In this document: piece after piece, positions 10,570-21,296 of the stretch | Position numbering within the stretch: the stretch's first letter is position 1 | Layout of the letters: each line of letters opens with the position of its first letter | Assembly: GCA_964561545.1 (NCBI GenBank) | Contig: CAZLQF010000004.1 | Coordinates: 71,338-135,337 of the forward strand | Direction of reading: 5' to 3' | Source of the DNA: an uncultured Sphingobacteriales bacterium | GTDB taxonomy: Bacteria; Bacteroidota; Bacteroidia; CAILMK01; CAYYUA01 | Length of the DNA: 64,000 bases | The notes under the pieces: model-generated | What the model was told of the DNA's origin: nothing | The model's input: only the letters and a program-made list of their open reading frames with translations | Databases searched by the model: none | Translations under genes and position numbers: made by a program

Positions 10570-11625
10570 ATGAGCAATAAATCCAACATAAGGCATTTTA
10601 GTGACCAAGCGCTGGAAGAGTTAATACAGGACCTTGGTGAGCCAAAGTTCCGTGCTAAACAACTTCACGAGTGGCTATGGCAAAAAGGAGCTGATTCCTT
10701 CGATGGCATGACCAATTTATCCAAACCTCTGCGCGAAAATCTGGCGAATCATTATGAGATCAATCCCGTAAAAATTGCGAGTGAAGCCATTAGTGAAGAT
10801 AGTACGGTTAAATTTGGTTTCAAACTACACGATGGGTATCTAACAGAGGGCGTTTTAATTCCATTGGGCGACCGAATGACCGCCTGTATTTCTTCCCAGG
10901 TTGGTTGTAGCCTATCATGCCGTTTTTGTGCCACGGGTTCTATTGATTTAAAGCGCAATATCAATTATGATGAGATCTACGACCAGGTGGTATTAATAGA
11001 TGCTCGAGCAAGGGCATTGTACGATCAACCCGTTACCAATATTGTTTTCATGGGAATGGGAGAGCCATTACTGAATTTTAACAACGTTACAAAAGCTATT
11101 GATAGAATTACTTCCAATGACGGCTTGGCGATGTCGCCTAAACGAATAACCGTATCAACAGTAGGAGTGGCTAAGATGATCAAAAAATTGGCCGATGAAC
11201 AACTAAGGGTCAATTTTGCCCTTTCGCTTCACGTAGCTGATGAGGAAAAACGCAAGCAAATTATGCCCATCACTGAGACCAAAGCCAATTCTATTGAGGC
11301 CCTTCAAGAAGCTGTCCATTATTTTTATCATCAAACAGGAATCCGGATCACTTATGAATATACCTTGTTAAACGGATTCAATGACAATCCCGAGGATGCG
11401 GAGGCCTTAGCTGAATTTTGCAAAATCACGCCATGCAAGATTAATCTTATTGAATACAATACGGTTGAAACAAGCCCTTACCAGGCATCCACCGAAAATC
11501 GTACCCAGCGCTTTAAAGGGATATTGGAAGGTAAAAATCTGGTTGTTAACATCCGCAACAGTCGTGGAGAAGATATTGATGCAGCTTGCGGCCAATTGGC
11601 CAATAAAAATGAGCCTGCTCTTTAG
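10570..11625 (+). CDS. rlmN: 23S rRNA (adenine2503-C2)-methyltransferase, radical SAM
   Basis: Radical-SAM CxxxCxxC (CRFCATG) is present, along with the RlmN-specific N-terminal HhH-like domain and a conserved C-terminal Cys (DAACGQL). Confidence 0.9.
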   Translation: MSNKSNIRHFSDQALEELIQDLGEPKFRAKQLHEWLWQKGADSFDGMTNLSKPLRENLANHYEINPVKIASEAISEDSTVKFGFKLHDGYLTEGVLIPLGDRMTACISSQVGCSLSCRFCATGSIDLKRNINYDEIYDQVVLIDARARALYDQPVTNIVFMGMGEPLLNFNNVTKAIDRITSNDGLAMSPKRITVSTVGVAKMIKKLADEQLRVNFALSLHVADEEKRKQIMPITETKANSIEALQEAVHYFYHQTGIRITYEYTLLNGFNDNPEDAEALAEFCKITPCKINLIEYNTVETSPYQASTENRTQRFKGILEGKNLVVNIRNSRGEDIDAACGQLANKNEPAL

Positions 11626-12295
11626 TTTTTAGTACTTGCGATTTGCTTCAACATGATAGACGACCTTGATCTTTGAAGAAGATTTTTTAATTTTTGAGCC
11701 CTTTGACGCTGCTGGATTCTTTAATAAACCAATCTGTCTTTTAATTTGACGCGTAAAATAAGCGTTCAAATAAACAAATGGGCTTGATTTTTTTCATAGT
11801 CAACCAAGTTGAAGCTTTCAAACGATGGGTTGGTTCATAGCATATTAAAGAATTTCATGAATGAAGCTAAAATCAACCCATAACCATAAATACGTGGTAA
11901 ATATGCTTGCTTTGACAACAATTATAATTTTCCTTGATATGCGACAAGGAAAAAGCCCAAACGTATTTAAACCGGAAAAAACATCACGGCCACAGTTATT
12001 GGTTACTTTTTTATAAAAGTCACAGGACCAAAACTTTACCCCAATGGATCTGGTTCAGGAGTTTAGTAGCATTTCAATTTGTAGCAACCAATCATTTATG
12101 CTTTTAGGAAAGAAATTCGGACCCGGAGGCTAATTATGCTTCTTCCAAATAAATAAGGCATTTAATGTTTATGTGCATATTTTAGTAAATGTATTGTCCA
12201 CCAATAATTAATTCAGGGGGTTGGGGACTTATAAGGAAAGTTTTAATAATGGCTGTATTATGTAAATTTTAACTTTATTTATTGAGCATTAATTC

Positions 12296-13957
12296 TTAAA
12301 ACCGGAGGTTTCGTTCTGCAAATGCATCCTCCTTGATGAGCTCCACGGCTTTTAGATAAGCATTGTCGTTTTGGTTTCTTATCTTGAAGTAAACATCTTC
12401 CTCCCAAATTTGACGGGCAATAAGCGCTTTTAAAGTGGTGGTTATGGTATTCCAGGAAGTTTTGATGCTACTACTGTTGTAATCAACGTCCTTTCGGTCT
12501 GCAAAATTGACAAATCCATCCATAAGCGGGCCACGCGTTTTGAAATTCTCAATGAAATCGTTCGAGGATTCGTAATCATTCTTCAATGATTTTCGGTTAT
12601 CATTGACGTAATTCAAAGCATATTCATTCATAAGCCCTTTTTGGAGGAGCTTTTTCAAATATTGGGTTCGCTCCGAAGTGTCCATAGGAACGAAAATATC
12701 AGGCATAATACCACCTCCGCCATAAACGACACGACCTTGGGGCGTTTTGTATTTGAGGCTGTCAGCAAATTTAATGCTGTCTTTATGCATCAGCTCGCCC
12801 TGCTCATCTCGTTTTATTAATTCTTTGTGGTATTCTTTAATGCCATTGTCGTAAGGCTTTTGAATACACCTTCCAGTGGGCGTGTAATATCGGGCAACAG
12901 TTAGTCTAACGACTGAGCCATCTTTTAATTCATAAGGTTCTTGCACCAAACCTTTACCAAATGTTCTCCTTCCTACGACCAAACCGCGGTCATGGTCTTG
13001 TACTGCACCGGAAACAATTTCACTGGCTGAAGCAGATCCCCTGTCAACAAGAATGATAAGCTTTCCATCCTGGAATTTGCCGCCTCCTGAGGTTTTGTAA
13101 ACTTTTTTGTCCCGAGCCCTACCTTTGGTATAAACGATCATTTTATCGTCTTTCAAGAACTCATCAGCAATGTTAATGGCAGCTTTTAAATAGCCACCAG
13201 GATTTTCGCGCAGGTCCAGGATCAAGTTTTCAAGCCCTTGCTCCTTTAATTGAACAAGCGCGTTATTGAATTCATTACTAGTTTTGGCCGAAAACCGGTT
13301 AATCTTGATGTAGCCGGTTAGGTCATTTTCCATGTAGGTTGCATCTACACTATTTAGCGGTATTTTATCCCGGGTTATGGTAAATTTCATAGGGTCATTG
13401 ACCCCTTTCCTGCTGATGGTTACATCAACTTTGGTACCTTTTTTACCCCTTAATTGATCAATTACATCTTGGTTGGTAATCCCTTCACCTGCTACATCCT
13501 CGCCTTTAATCTTAATGATCTTGTCACCGGCTTTAATGCCTACTTCTTCAGACGGCCCGCCTGAAATTGGAGAAACTACAATGATCGTATCTTTAAGGAT
13601 GTTGAACTCAACGCCAATTCCTTCAAAATTGCCTTTAAGAGGTTGATTAAGTTGTTTTTGTTTTTTAGCAGGAATATAAACAGAATGCGGATCGAGGTTC
13701 TTAAGCATCCCTGATATGGCTTTTTCTCCTAATTCAGCATTGTTCACCTTGTCCACATAAGCATTGTTAATGTAAGACATTACTTCGCCAACTTTCAATT
13801 GAGGCGCCTTGTTTTTATTAGCCTCTTCTTGGTTGTCCTTATGCATCTTGGCTCCTGCCAGCATTCCAAATGCTACCACCAATGCAAATAAAAGGGGATA
13901 AATAACGTTGTAATTTCTCTGGGGGCCGTAGGAACCGCCAAAATACCCGTAACTCAT
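12296..13957 (-). CDS. ctp: Carboxyl-terminal processing (tail-specific) protease, S41 family
   Basis: N-terminal TM anchor and a PDZ domain. The S41 catalytic region is LILDLRENPGGYL...RGSASASEI. Confidence 0.9.
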   Translation of the reverse strand: MSYGYFGGSYGPQRNYNVIYPLLFALVVAFGMLAGAKMHKDNQEEANKNKAPQLKVGEVMSYINNAYVDKVNNAELGEKAISGMLKNLDPHSVYIPAKKQKQLNQPLKGNFEGIGVEFNILKDTIIVVSPISGGPSEEVGIKAGDKIIKIKGEDVAGEGITNQDVIDQLRGKKGTKVDVTISRKGVNDPMKFTITRDKIPLNSVDATYMENDLTGYIKINRFSAKTSNEFNNALVQLKEQGLENLILDLRENPGGYLKAAINIADEFLKDDKMIVYTKGRARDKKVYKTSGGGKFQDGKLIILVDRGSASASEIVSGAVQDHDRGLVVGRRTFGKGLVQEPYELKDGSVVRLTVARYYTPTGRCIQKPYDNGIKEYHKELIKRDEQGELMHKDSIKFADSLKYKTPQGRVVYGGGGIMPDIFVPMDTSERTQYLKKLLQKGLMNEYALNYVNDNRKSLKNDYESSNDFIENFKTRGPLMDGFVNFADRKDVDYNSSSIKTSWNTITTTLKALIARQIWEEDVYFKIRNQNDNAYLKAVELIKEDAFAERNLRF

Positions 13958-14081
13958 GTGAGTACTACTTTATTTTTAAAAAATTTCTTTCCTTTCTCAA
14001 CAAATTAGATATTTAAACCTCAATATTAACCGATTTTAAAAAGTAATAAAAACAAAAAACGGAAAAATCTGAAACTGCTTA

Positions 14082-14867
14082 ATGGATTACAGTAAAATCT
14101 GCGAACAGGTTCTAACTGTAGCAGAAAAGGCAAAAAATTTTATTGAAGCCGAACAAGCTAAACTCCAATCAAAAGATGTTAACTTCAAAGCCAAAAACGA
14201 CCTTGTAACTTATGTGGATGTAGAAACGGAAAAATTGCTCATCCATGAATTGGGAAAGATTGTTCCGGAAGCATCGTTTCTTGCCGAAGAAACGCATCAA
14301 AAATATCAGGAACAGGAATTTTCATGGATCATCGATCCTTTGGATGGTACGGTCAATTACATCCATCAAATTCCGGTTTACAGCGTTAGTATTGCCCTCA
14401 TGGAAAATGGCAAGTTGAAAATAGGAGTTGTTTTAGAAATCAACCGAAATGAATATTTCCATGCCTATGAAGGCGGTGGGGCTTATTTGAATCAAAAACC
14501 TATTAGCGTTTCACCCACTAAGGCATTGAAAGATGCAATGCTGGCTACTGGATTTCCTTTTAATGAACCTGCTTGGGTGGATCAATACATTCAAATTTTG
14601 AGAGAAACAATCCTTAATAGCAGGGGCGTAAGAAGGATGGGAAGTGCTGCTGTAGACCTTTGCTATACGGCTGCAGGACGTTTTGACGGGTATTATGAGT
14701 TTAATTTAAAACCTTGGGATGTTGCGGCAGGCTCCCTGATAGTTAATGAGGCTGGTGGCCAGGTAATGGATTTTGAAGGTAAAACTGATTTCTTATTTGG
14801 GCGGCAAATATTGGCCGGCAATCTTGATGTATCGAATGAATTATTGGAATATTTAAAAAACAACTGA
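14082..14867 (+). CDS. suhB: Inositol monophosphatase family protein
   Basis: IMPase motifs WIIDPLDGTVNY and the metal-binding region are present. Length 261 aa. Confidence 0.85.
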   Translation: MDYSKICEQVLTVAEKAKNFIEAEQAKLQSKDVNFKAKNDLVTYVDVETEKLLIHELGKIVPEASFLAEETHQKYQEQEFSWIIDPLDGTVNYIHQIPVYSVSIALMENGKLKIGVVLEINRNEYFHAYEGGGAYLNQKPISVSPTKALKDAMLATGFPFNEPAWVDQYIQILRETILNSRGVRRMGSAAVDLCYTAAGRFDGYYEFNLKPWDVAAGSLIVNEAGGQVMDFEGKTDFLFGRQILAGNLDVSNELLEYLKNN

Positions 14868-14872
14868 TCAAT

Positions 14873-16324
14873 ATGACAAATGCTAACACCAAAATTACTG
14901 TAGCCAAAGGAGACGGAATAGGTCCTGAAATTATGGATGCTGTTTTAAAAATTATGAAAGCAGCAAATTCCAACCTTGATTATGAAGAAGTGGTATTGGG
15001 TAAAGAAGTGTTCGAATCTGGGCATACCTCAGGCATTAAGCCTGAATCCTGGGATGTAATTAGACGCAACCAAATACTTTTAAAAGCACCCATTACAACA
15101 CCCCAAGGAGGGGGCTACAAAAGCCTGAATGTTACCTTACGTAAATCACTGGCAATGTATGCCAATGTTCGGCCTTGTATTGCTTATGCGCCCTATGTAC
15201 AGTCCAATCACCCTGAGATGGACATGGTAATAGTGCGGGAGAACGAAGAAGATTTGTATGCGGGCATTGAACATCAACAAACCAATGAGGTGGTGCAGTG
15301 CTTAAAATTGATCACAAGACCGGGTTGTGAAAATGTAATCCGGTATGCTTTTGAATATGCGAAAGTACATGGGCGCAAGCGGGTTACTTGCATGGTCAAG
15401 GATAATATCATGAAACATACGGATGGTTTGTTCCATGAGGTATTTGATGAAATTGCTAAAGCGTATCCCCAAATCGAAAGCGATGTCCGCATTATTGATA
15501 TCGGGGCGGCAGAAATGGCTACCAAGCCTGAAAACTTTGACGTAGTGGTGACGCTGAATTTGTATGGAGATATAATCTCTGATATCGCAGCTCAGCTTGC
15601 TGGCTCTGTTGGTTTGGGAGGCTCCGCTAATATTGGCAAGGAATGCTCTATGTTCGAGGCCATTCACGGTTCAGCACCTGATATAGCCGGCCAGCAGATT
15701 GCCAATCCCTCTGGCTTGCTGAATGCTGCCATAATGATGCTGAACCACGTAGGGGATACTGAAGCTGCAACCAACATATCCAATGCTTGGCTAAAAACGT
15801 TGGAAGATGGCATTCATACACCAGATATTTACAGACAGGATCTAAGCAAGCAAAAAGTGGGCACCCAAGGCTTTGCTGATGCGGTTGTCGAAAGATTGGG
15901 CCAAAAGCCCGAAACCTTGAAGCCCGAGGATGCTGGCGCTAAGGAAGATGTCATCAAATTGAAGGACCCAGCTGTTAAAAGCGGTGATAAGGAATTGGTC
16001 GGAGTAGATGTCTTTATTGATTGGACTGGTGAAGACAGAAATCCGGATGACATTGGGAAAAAACTGGAAGCGTTAGCTGGCCTTCATCTTAAACTTAAAA
16101 TGATCACCAATCGGGGGGTCAAAGTTTACCCCGGCGGTTATCCCGAAACCTTCTCAACCGATCATTGGCGGTGCAGGTTTGTTGCCAAAAACGAAACAAT
16201 AACGCACGAGGAAGTAGTAAATCTACTTCAGCGACTTGATGAAGCGGGTTTTGACTTTATTAAAACCGAGCACCTCTACCAAATTGATGGCGAAAGGGCT
16301 TATTCATTAGGACAAGGCGAGTGA
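14873..16324 (+). CDS. Isocitrate/isopropylmalate dehydrogenase family protein, probable isocitrate dehydrogenase with a C-terminal extension of about 130 aa
   Basis: The N-terminal 350 aa carry the IDH/IMDH signature NLYGDIISD and the metal/substrate residues. The C-terminal 130 aa have no recognised motif. Confidence 0.7.
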   Translation: MTNANTKITVAKGDGIGPEIMDAVLKIMKAANSNLDYEEVVLGKEVFESGHTSGIKPESWDVIRRNQILLKAPITTPQGGGYKSLNVTLRKSLAMYANVRPCIAYAPYVQSNHPEMDMVIVRENEEDLYAGIEHQQTNEVVQCLKLITRPGCENVIRYAFEYAKVHGRKRVTCMVKDNIMKHTDGLFHEVFDEIAKAYPQIESDVRIIDIGAAEMATKPENFDVVVTLNLYGDIISDIAAQLAGSVGLGGSANIGKECSMFEAIHGSAPDIAGQQIANPSGLLNAAIMMLNHVGDTEAATNISNAWLKTLEDGIHTPDIYRQDLSKQKVGTQGFADAVVERLGQKPETLKPEDAGAKEDVIKLKDPAVKSGDKELVGVDVFIDWTGEDRNPDDIGKKLEALAGLHLKLKMITNRGVKVYPGGYPETFSTDHWRCRFVAKNETITHEEVVNLLQRLDEAGFDFIKTEHLYQIDGERAYSLGQGE

Positions 16325-16483
16325 TTTTTATTTAATTGCCTTAATTGTAAGGCCAAGAAAAGCTTAAACCAACATATTTTGCTTTTAAGTGGCCATGGTA
16401 GCTTATGAAGTTTTTACCCCGGCTTCAATGCCGGGGATTGATCTCATAGCTTTCTCTGGTATAAACCTGATGTGCTAATATTT

Positions 16484-18616
16484 ATGAATTCGGACCATGG
16501 TAAGATTATCAGTCAACAAGTTTCAATTCCTTATCAGCAAGTGGAGCCCACCATACAATTATTGGAAGCTGATGCCACTGTTCCTTTCATTGCCCGCTAT
16601 CGCAAGGAGGATACCGGAAGTTTGGATGAAGTCCAAATTACTCATATACAAGAATATTTAAAGCAATTAAAGGAGGTTGATCAGCGGAAGCAGACCATCC
16701 TAAAAACCATCCGGGAGCAAGGCAATCTGACCCAAGAACTGCAAAGCAAAATTGAGAAAACTTGGTCAATGAGGGATTTAGAAGATCTCTACCTGCCCTA
16801 TAAACCCAAGAAAAAGACCAAGGGCATTAAAGCCAAAGAGAAAGGGCTCGAACCATTGGCTTTGCATTTATGGAAACAGGCTTCGGAAGATGTAAGGCGT
16901 TTAGCAGAAGCTTATCTTAATGAGCAGGTACCATCTATTAGTGAAGCTTTGGAAGGAGCAAGGCATGTAATAGCAGAATGGGTCAATGAGGATCAATCCG
17001 CCAGGCAAAGGCTCAGAAATCTTTTTGAGCGGAAGGCTTTTATCACTTCTCAAGTGTTGAAAAATAAAAAAGAAAAAGCACATAAGTACAGGGATTACTT
17101 TGACTATAGGGAAAAGCTTAATAAATGTCCGGCCCATCGGTTATTGGCTATTTTCCGGGGTGAAAGGGAAGCCCTCTTAAGATTAAGGATAGGTCCGGAT
17201 GCTGAGGAAGCTTTAAGGATACTGAACAAGGAAGTTTTGAAGGGAAACAACGAAGCCACTGAACAGATTCGTTTGGCTTTGGAAGATGCTTACAAACGAT
17301 TGCTTCAGCCTTCTTTGGAAACAGAAGCACGTAATCAAGCCAAAAAGCAAGCAGATGAAGAAGCCATTGATGTTTTTGGGGAAAATTTACGACAGTTACT
17401 GCTGGCTCCTCCGCTTGGGCAAAAAAATGTTTTAGCCATCGATCCAGGCTACCGGACAGGTTGTAAATTAGTATGCCTAAATGCGCAAGGCGATTTTCTT
17501 ACCAACGACACGATATATCCTTTTAACTCTGAGGATAAGAAGCAAGAAGCCCTTAATAAACTTTATTCGCTTGTCCCGCAATACCAAATTCAAGCCATTG
17601 CTATTGGTAACGGAACAGCTGGACGTGAAACTGAAAGTTGGGTAAAGTCTATGAAATGGGCGGGTGACGTAAGCATTTTTTCCGTAGATGAAAGTGGAGC
17701 TTCTGTATATTCGGCTTCTGAAGCCGCCCGCGAGGAATTTCCAAGTCTGGATTTAACAGTAAGGGGTGCTATTTCTATAGGTAGGCGTTTGATGGATCCT
17801 TTGGCGGAACTGGTCAAGATCGATCCCAAATCTATTGGCGTAGGTCAATACCAACACGAAGTGAACCAAAAACGCCTTAAGGAACGGTTGGATCAAGTCG
17901 TTATGCATTGCGTGAACAGGGTAGGGGTTCATGTAAATATGGCCAGTAAACATTTACTGACTTATGTGTCAGGATTGGGACCGCAGCTCGCTCAGAATAT
18001 CGTGTTGTACAGGAGTCAAAATGGTGCTTTTAATTCAAGAAACGACCTAAAAAAAGTGCCCAAATTAGGGGCTAAAGCATTTGAGCAGGCAGTCGGTTTT
18101 TTAAGAATACCCGATAGTAAAAATCCACTTGATAACAGTGGCGTTCATCCGGAAACTTATGGCGTAGTGGAACAAATGGCCAAAGATTTGAATTGCAACA
18201 TTCGCGACCTTTTAGAGCAAGCTTCATTGAGAAAGCAAATCCAGTTGGATCGGTACGTTTCCGGTCAGGTCGGAATGCCCACCTTGCAAGACATTTTAGC
18301 CGAATTGGCCAAGCCAGGCCGGGATCCAAGGGAAACCTTACAGGAATTCAAATTTGCCGAAGGCATTGAATCCATGCAGGACCTTCGGGAAGGCATGGAA
18401 TTACCTGGTATTGTTACCAACATTACTAATTTTGGGGCTTTCGTTGACATTGGTATTAAAGAAAATGGACTGGTCCACATCTCAGAGATGGCCGATCGTT
18501 TTATTAAGGACCCTTCCCAGGTTCTCAAGCTTCACCAACCAGTGAAGGTTAAGGTTATTGGTCTCGATTTGCAAAGAGGAAGAATTCAACTCTCCATGAA
18601 GCAAATATATAATTGA
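16484..18616 (+). CDS. tex: Transcription accessory protein Tex (YqgF/RNase H-like, HhH and S1 domains)
   Basis: The conserved N-terminal region is PFIARYRKEDTGSLDE. A C-terminal S1 domain is present (GIVTNITNFGAFVDIG). The likely start is the second Met (MNSDHG) rather than the ORF-track start 16472. Confidence 0.9.
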   Translation: MNSDHGKIISQQVSIPYQQVEPTIQLLEADATVPFIARYRKEDTGSLDEVQITHIQEYLKQLKEVDQRKQTILKTIREQGNLTQELQSKIEKTWSMRDLEDLYLPYKPKKKTKGIKAKEKGLEPLALHLWKQASEDVRRLAEAYLNEQVPSISEALEGARHVIAEWVNEDQSARQRLRNLFERKAFITSQVLKNKKEKAHKYRDYFDYREKLNKCPAHRLLAIFRGEREALLRLRIGPDAEEALRILNKEVLKGNNEATEQIRLALEDAYKRLLQPSLETEARNQAKKQADEEAIDVFGENLRQLLLAPPLGQKNVLAIDPGYRTGCKLVCLNAQGDFLTNDTIYPFNSEDKKQEALNKLYSLVPQYQIQAIAIGNGTAGRETESWVKSMKWAGDVSIFSVDESGASVYSASEAAREEFPSLDLTVRGAISIGRRLMDPLAELVKIDPKSIGVGQYQHEVNQKRLKERLDQVVMHCVNRVGVHVNMASKHLLTYVSGLGPQLAQNIVLYRSQNGAFNSRNDLKKVPKLGAKAFEQAVGFLRIPDSKNPLDNSGVHPETYGVVEQMAKDLNCNIRDLLEQASLRKQIQLDRYVSGQVGMPTLQDILAELAKPGRDPRETLQEFKFAEGIESMQDLREGMELPGIVTNITNFGAFVDIGIKENGLVHISEMADRFIKDPSQVLKLHQPVKVKVIGLDLQRGRIQLSMKQIYN

Positions 18617-18702
18617 GCATAAACAATGCTGCGTTTTACAATCGATTGCTCGTTTTGATTTTTTCTCCATAGCAAATACTCAATACTAAGTACTAAATCC
18701 AA

Positions 18703-19710
18703 CTAAGCCGGAGGCGCCATAAATTCAGGCCCAACCGGATCTTTGACCGTTTTTTTGATGAGCTCATCAATGGTCTGTAGGTCGTTTTCTTTTAATCGCC
18801 AATCCATGGCTTGATCTACTTCCACTTGCTCTGGGTGGCGGGCACCCCAAATAGCTGAAGAAATCCCCTTATCTAATATCCATCGTACGGCCAAATCTCG
18901 GACAGTTTTACCGAAATGCGCTTTGGCAAATTCATGCAGTTGATGGACGGCTGCCAAATACTGCTTGTAGCGATCACCTTTAAACTTGGGATCCATTTTA
19001 CGCAGGTCATCGCCTTCGAAGGTCGAGTCTTCATGCATTTTACCGGTAAGCAGACCGCGGCATAAAGCCCCATAGGTTAAGGTAGCAATGTTGTTTTCTT
19101 CACAATAAGGTTTAACCTCTTGCTCAATTTCCCGTTCAAATAAGTTATAAGGCGGTTGACTAACATGGATCGGCGCTGTTTGGCGGAATTCGTCCATTTG
19201 CTCTGGCGAAAAGTTAGACACGCCAATGGCCCTGATTTTTCCCTCTTTTTGTAATTGCAGCATCGTTTCAGCCGTATCTCTGATTGGGGTGTTGTGGTCC
19301 GGCCAGTGGATTTGGAATATATCGATGTAATCCGTTTGGAGCCTGCGCAGGGAATCTTCCACTTCTTTGCGTATACGTTCAGGACTGGCATTTCTGCGGA
19401 TGCGCTGCTTGCCATCCCATTCAAGGGCAACTTTGGTGGCTAATTGAATTTGATCGCGATTCCCGTATTCTTTAACGGCTTTACCCACCAATTCTTCGGA
19501 TTTACCAAAGCCATAAACTGGTGCTGTATCAATGGTGGTTAAGCCTTGCTCTAAAGCAGTAAGAATAGTTTTGAGCGATACTTTTTCGTCAGTGCCGCCC
19601 CACATCCAGCCGCCTATGGCCCAGGTGCCAAGCGTAATGCGGGATATTTCAAAATCAAGGTTGCTGAGTTGGGTGTATTCCATTGTTAATTCTTTTGATA
19701 AGCTCCTCAA
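18703..19710 (-). CDS. Aldo/keto reductase
   Basis: The AKR fold signature is present (ITLGTWAIGG...IDTAPVYG...IDIFQIHWPD). Confidence 0.85.
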   Translation of the reverse strand: MRSLSKELTMEYTQLSNLDFEISRITLGTWAIGGWMWGGTDEKVSLKTILTALEQGLTTIDTAPVYGFGKSEELVGKAVKEYGNRDQIQLATKVALEWDGKQRIRRNASPERIRKEVEDSLRRLQTDYIDIFQIHWPDHNTPIRDTAETMLQLQKEGKIRAIGVSNFSPEQMDEFRQTAPIHVSQPPYNLFEREIEQEVKPYCEENNIATLTYGALCRGLLTGKMHEDSTFEGDDLRKMDPKFKGDRYKQYLAAVHQLHEFAKAHFGKTVRDLAVRWILDKGISSAIWGARHPEQVEVDQAMDWRLKENDLQTIDELIKKTVKDPVGPEFMAPPA

Positions 19711-20013
19711 ATTTAAATCCTCTCCTTGATATAATAGAACAAAAGATCAGTAAAATGGCTGTATAGGCTCTTCCAATTCAAATCCATATTTTGGCGAGCC
19801 TTTAGCTGAAAAATAAGGCTGTTTTACTTGTTCGAGGCTCCGATTACCTTTCCTCGTCCGAGTCAGAAACTCGGAGAATGCGAGAAGTGATTAAACAAAC
19901 CTGCTCTAAAAATCAAGGCATCTTAACACTTGCCAAATAGATAGTTTTTAATGATTCAATGAAGGTAAAATACACGCTTTCCAACCAAGTGCCTTAATAT
20001 TGTAGGGTTAATT

Positions 20014-21270
20014 ATGAATGCTTTGCCAGCAAAGAGCTTAAAATATAAGATCGTAGTAGTTGGAGCTGGACCAGGAGGAGTTGCAGCCTCAATTGATCTA
20101 TCCCAAAGGGGCATTCCCCACTTAGTGCTGGAGAAATCCACGTTTCCCCGTGATAAAATCTGTGGCGATGCCATCAGCGGAAAGGTAATGTACCAACTCA
20201 ACCGCTTATTGCCAAAGGCATCTGAGGTATTTTGTGAACAACAAGAAAAAAGGGTCGTGGCCAATGGCATTTATTTTGGCGCACCCAACGGGAAGGGGAT
20301 CGGTATTCGTTCTCCGCAACCTCGCTTCAACTTGCCGGTGGGCATGGTATCCACAAGGCTTGATTTTGACAATTTCCTTTTTGAGCAAATGCTGGAATAT
20401 GAACGGGCTGAAGTTTGGCAAGGAGTAAAAGTCAATAACATTACAAGAAACGCTGAGTCCAATTGGATCCAATGCCAATACAATGGGGAATCTTACCAAA
20501 TCGAGGCCGATTTGATCATAGGAGCTGATGGACAGCGTTCTGTCGTAGCCAAAACTTTTAAGCCTGATCTTCAAGAGGCTAATCATTTTTGTGCAGGCTT
20601 AAGGGCGTACTATACCAACGTTACCGGCTTTCATGCCCATAATTACTTGGAATTGCATTTCATCAAGCAAGTATTGCCCGGCTATTTGTGGATATTCCCT
20701 CTGCCAAATGGCCAGGCCAATGTAGGGATTGGTATGCTGTCAAGTAAAGTGCGGGAAAAGCAAGTTAACTTAAAAGCTACTTTAAACAAAGCTTTGGAGG
20801 AAGATCCTTATTTTAAGGAAAGGTTCAAAAATGCCAACCTGGAGGGAAAAATTCAGGGATGGGGATTGCCACTTGGCTCCAAAAAACGGAATATTTCTGG
20901 TGATGGGTTTATGTTGGTGGGAGATGCTGCTTCTCTAATTGATCCCTTTACTGGGGAAGGCATTGGGAATGCCATGCTAAGTGCCAAGATTGCTGTCGAT
21001 ACCGCTGAAAACGCAATGGAGGCTGATGATTTTTCAGCATCGACCTTAAGCCAATATGATAAAGCCGTTTACAAGAAATTATGGAAGGAGCTTCAACTGA
21101 GCCACCAACTTCAAAAGCTCTCCACCAAGCCTTGGCTCTTTAATTTTGTGGTGAACAGAATCCAAAAAAGTAAGGGATTGCAGGAGTTGTTTACAACCAT
21201 GTTCAAAGATGTCGATTTAAGGAAGCAGATGAAAAATCCGCTTTTTTATTTTCGCCTTTTATTTAGATAA
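20014..21270 (+). CDS. FAD-dependent oxidoreductase, geranylgeranyl-reductase family
   Basis: N-terminal Rossmann GxGxxG (VVVGAGPGG) and a GD motif (LVGDAASLIDPFTGEGI) typical of geranylgeranyl reductase-like flavoproteins. Confidence 0.75.
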   Translation: MNALPAKSLKYKIVVVGAGPGGVAASIDLSQRGIPHLVLEKSTFPRDKICGDAISGKVMYQLNRLLPKASEVFCEQQEKRVVANGIYFGAPNGKGIGIRSPQPRFNLPVGMVSTRLDFDNFLFEQMLEYERAEVWQGVKVNNITRNAESNWIQCQYNGESYQIEADLIIGADGQRSVVAKTFKPDLQEANHFCAGLRAYYTNVTGFHAHNYLELHFIKQVLPGYLWIFPLPNGQANVGIGMLSSKVREKQVNLKATLNKALEEDPYFKERFKNANLEGKIQGWGLPLGSKKRNISGDGFMLVGDAASLIDPFTGEGIGNAMLSAKIAVDTAENAMEADDFSASTLSQYDKAVYKKLWKELQLSHQLQKLSTKPWLFNFVVNRIQKSKGLQELFTTMFKDVDLRKQMKNPLFYFRLLFR

Positions 21271-21296
21271 AGTTAATTTAGTTCAATATTTTAAAA

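Noticed and set aside
12100-12130. The sequence gaaattcggacccggaggc, superficially reminiscent of the RNase P RNA GAAAGUCCGGGCUCC motif
   Set aside because: It has mismatches in the conserved positions. No flanking P4 or other universally conserved RNase P segments are found within 400 nt.
19711-20013. Hairpin tccgagt-cagaa-actcgga in the divergent promoter region between the aldo/keto reductase and FAD oxidoreductase genes
   Set aside because: It could be an operator-like palindrome. It is an isolated 7 bp stem with no T-tract and no repeat copy elsewhere, which is too weak to call a regulatory site.
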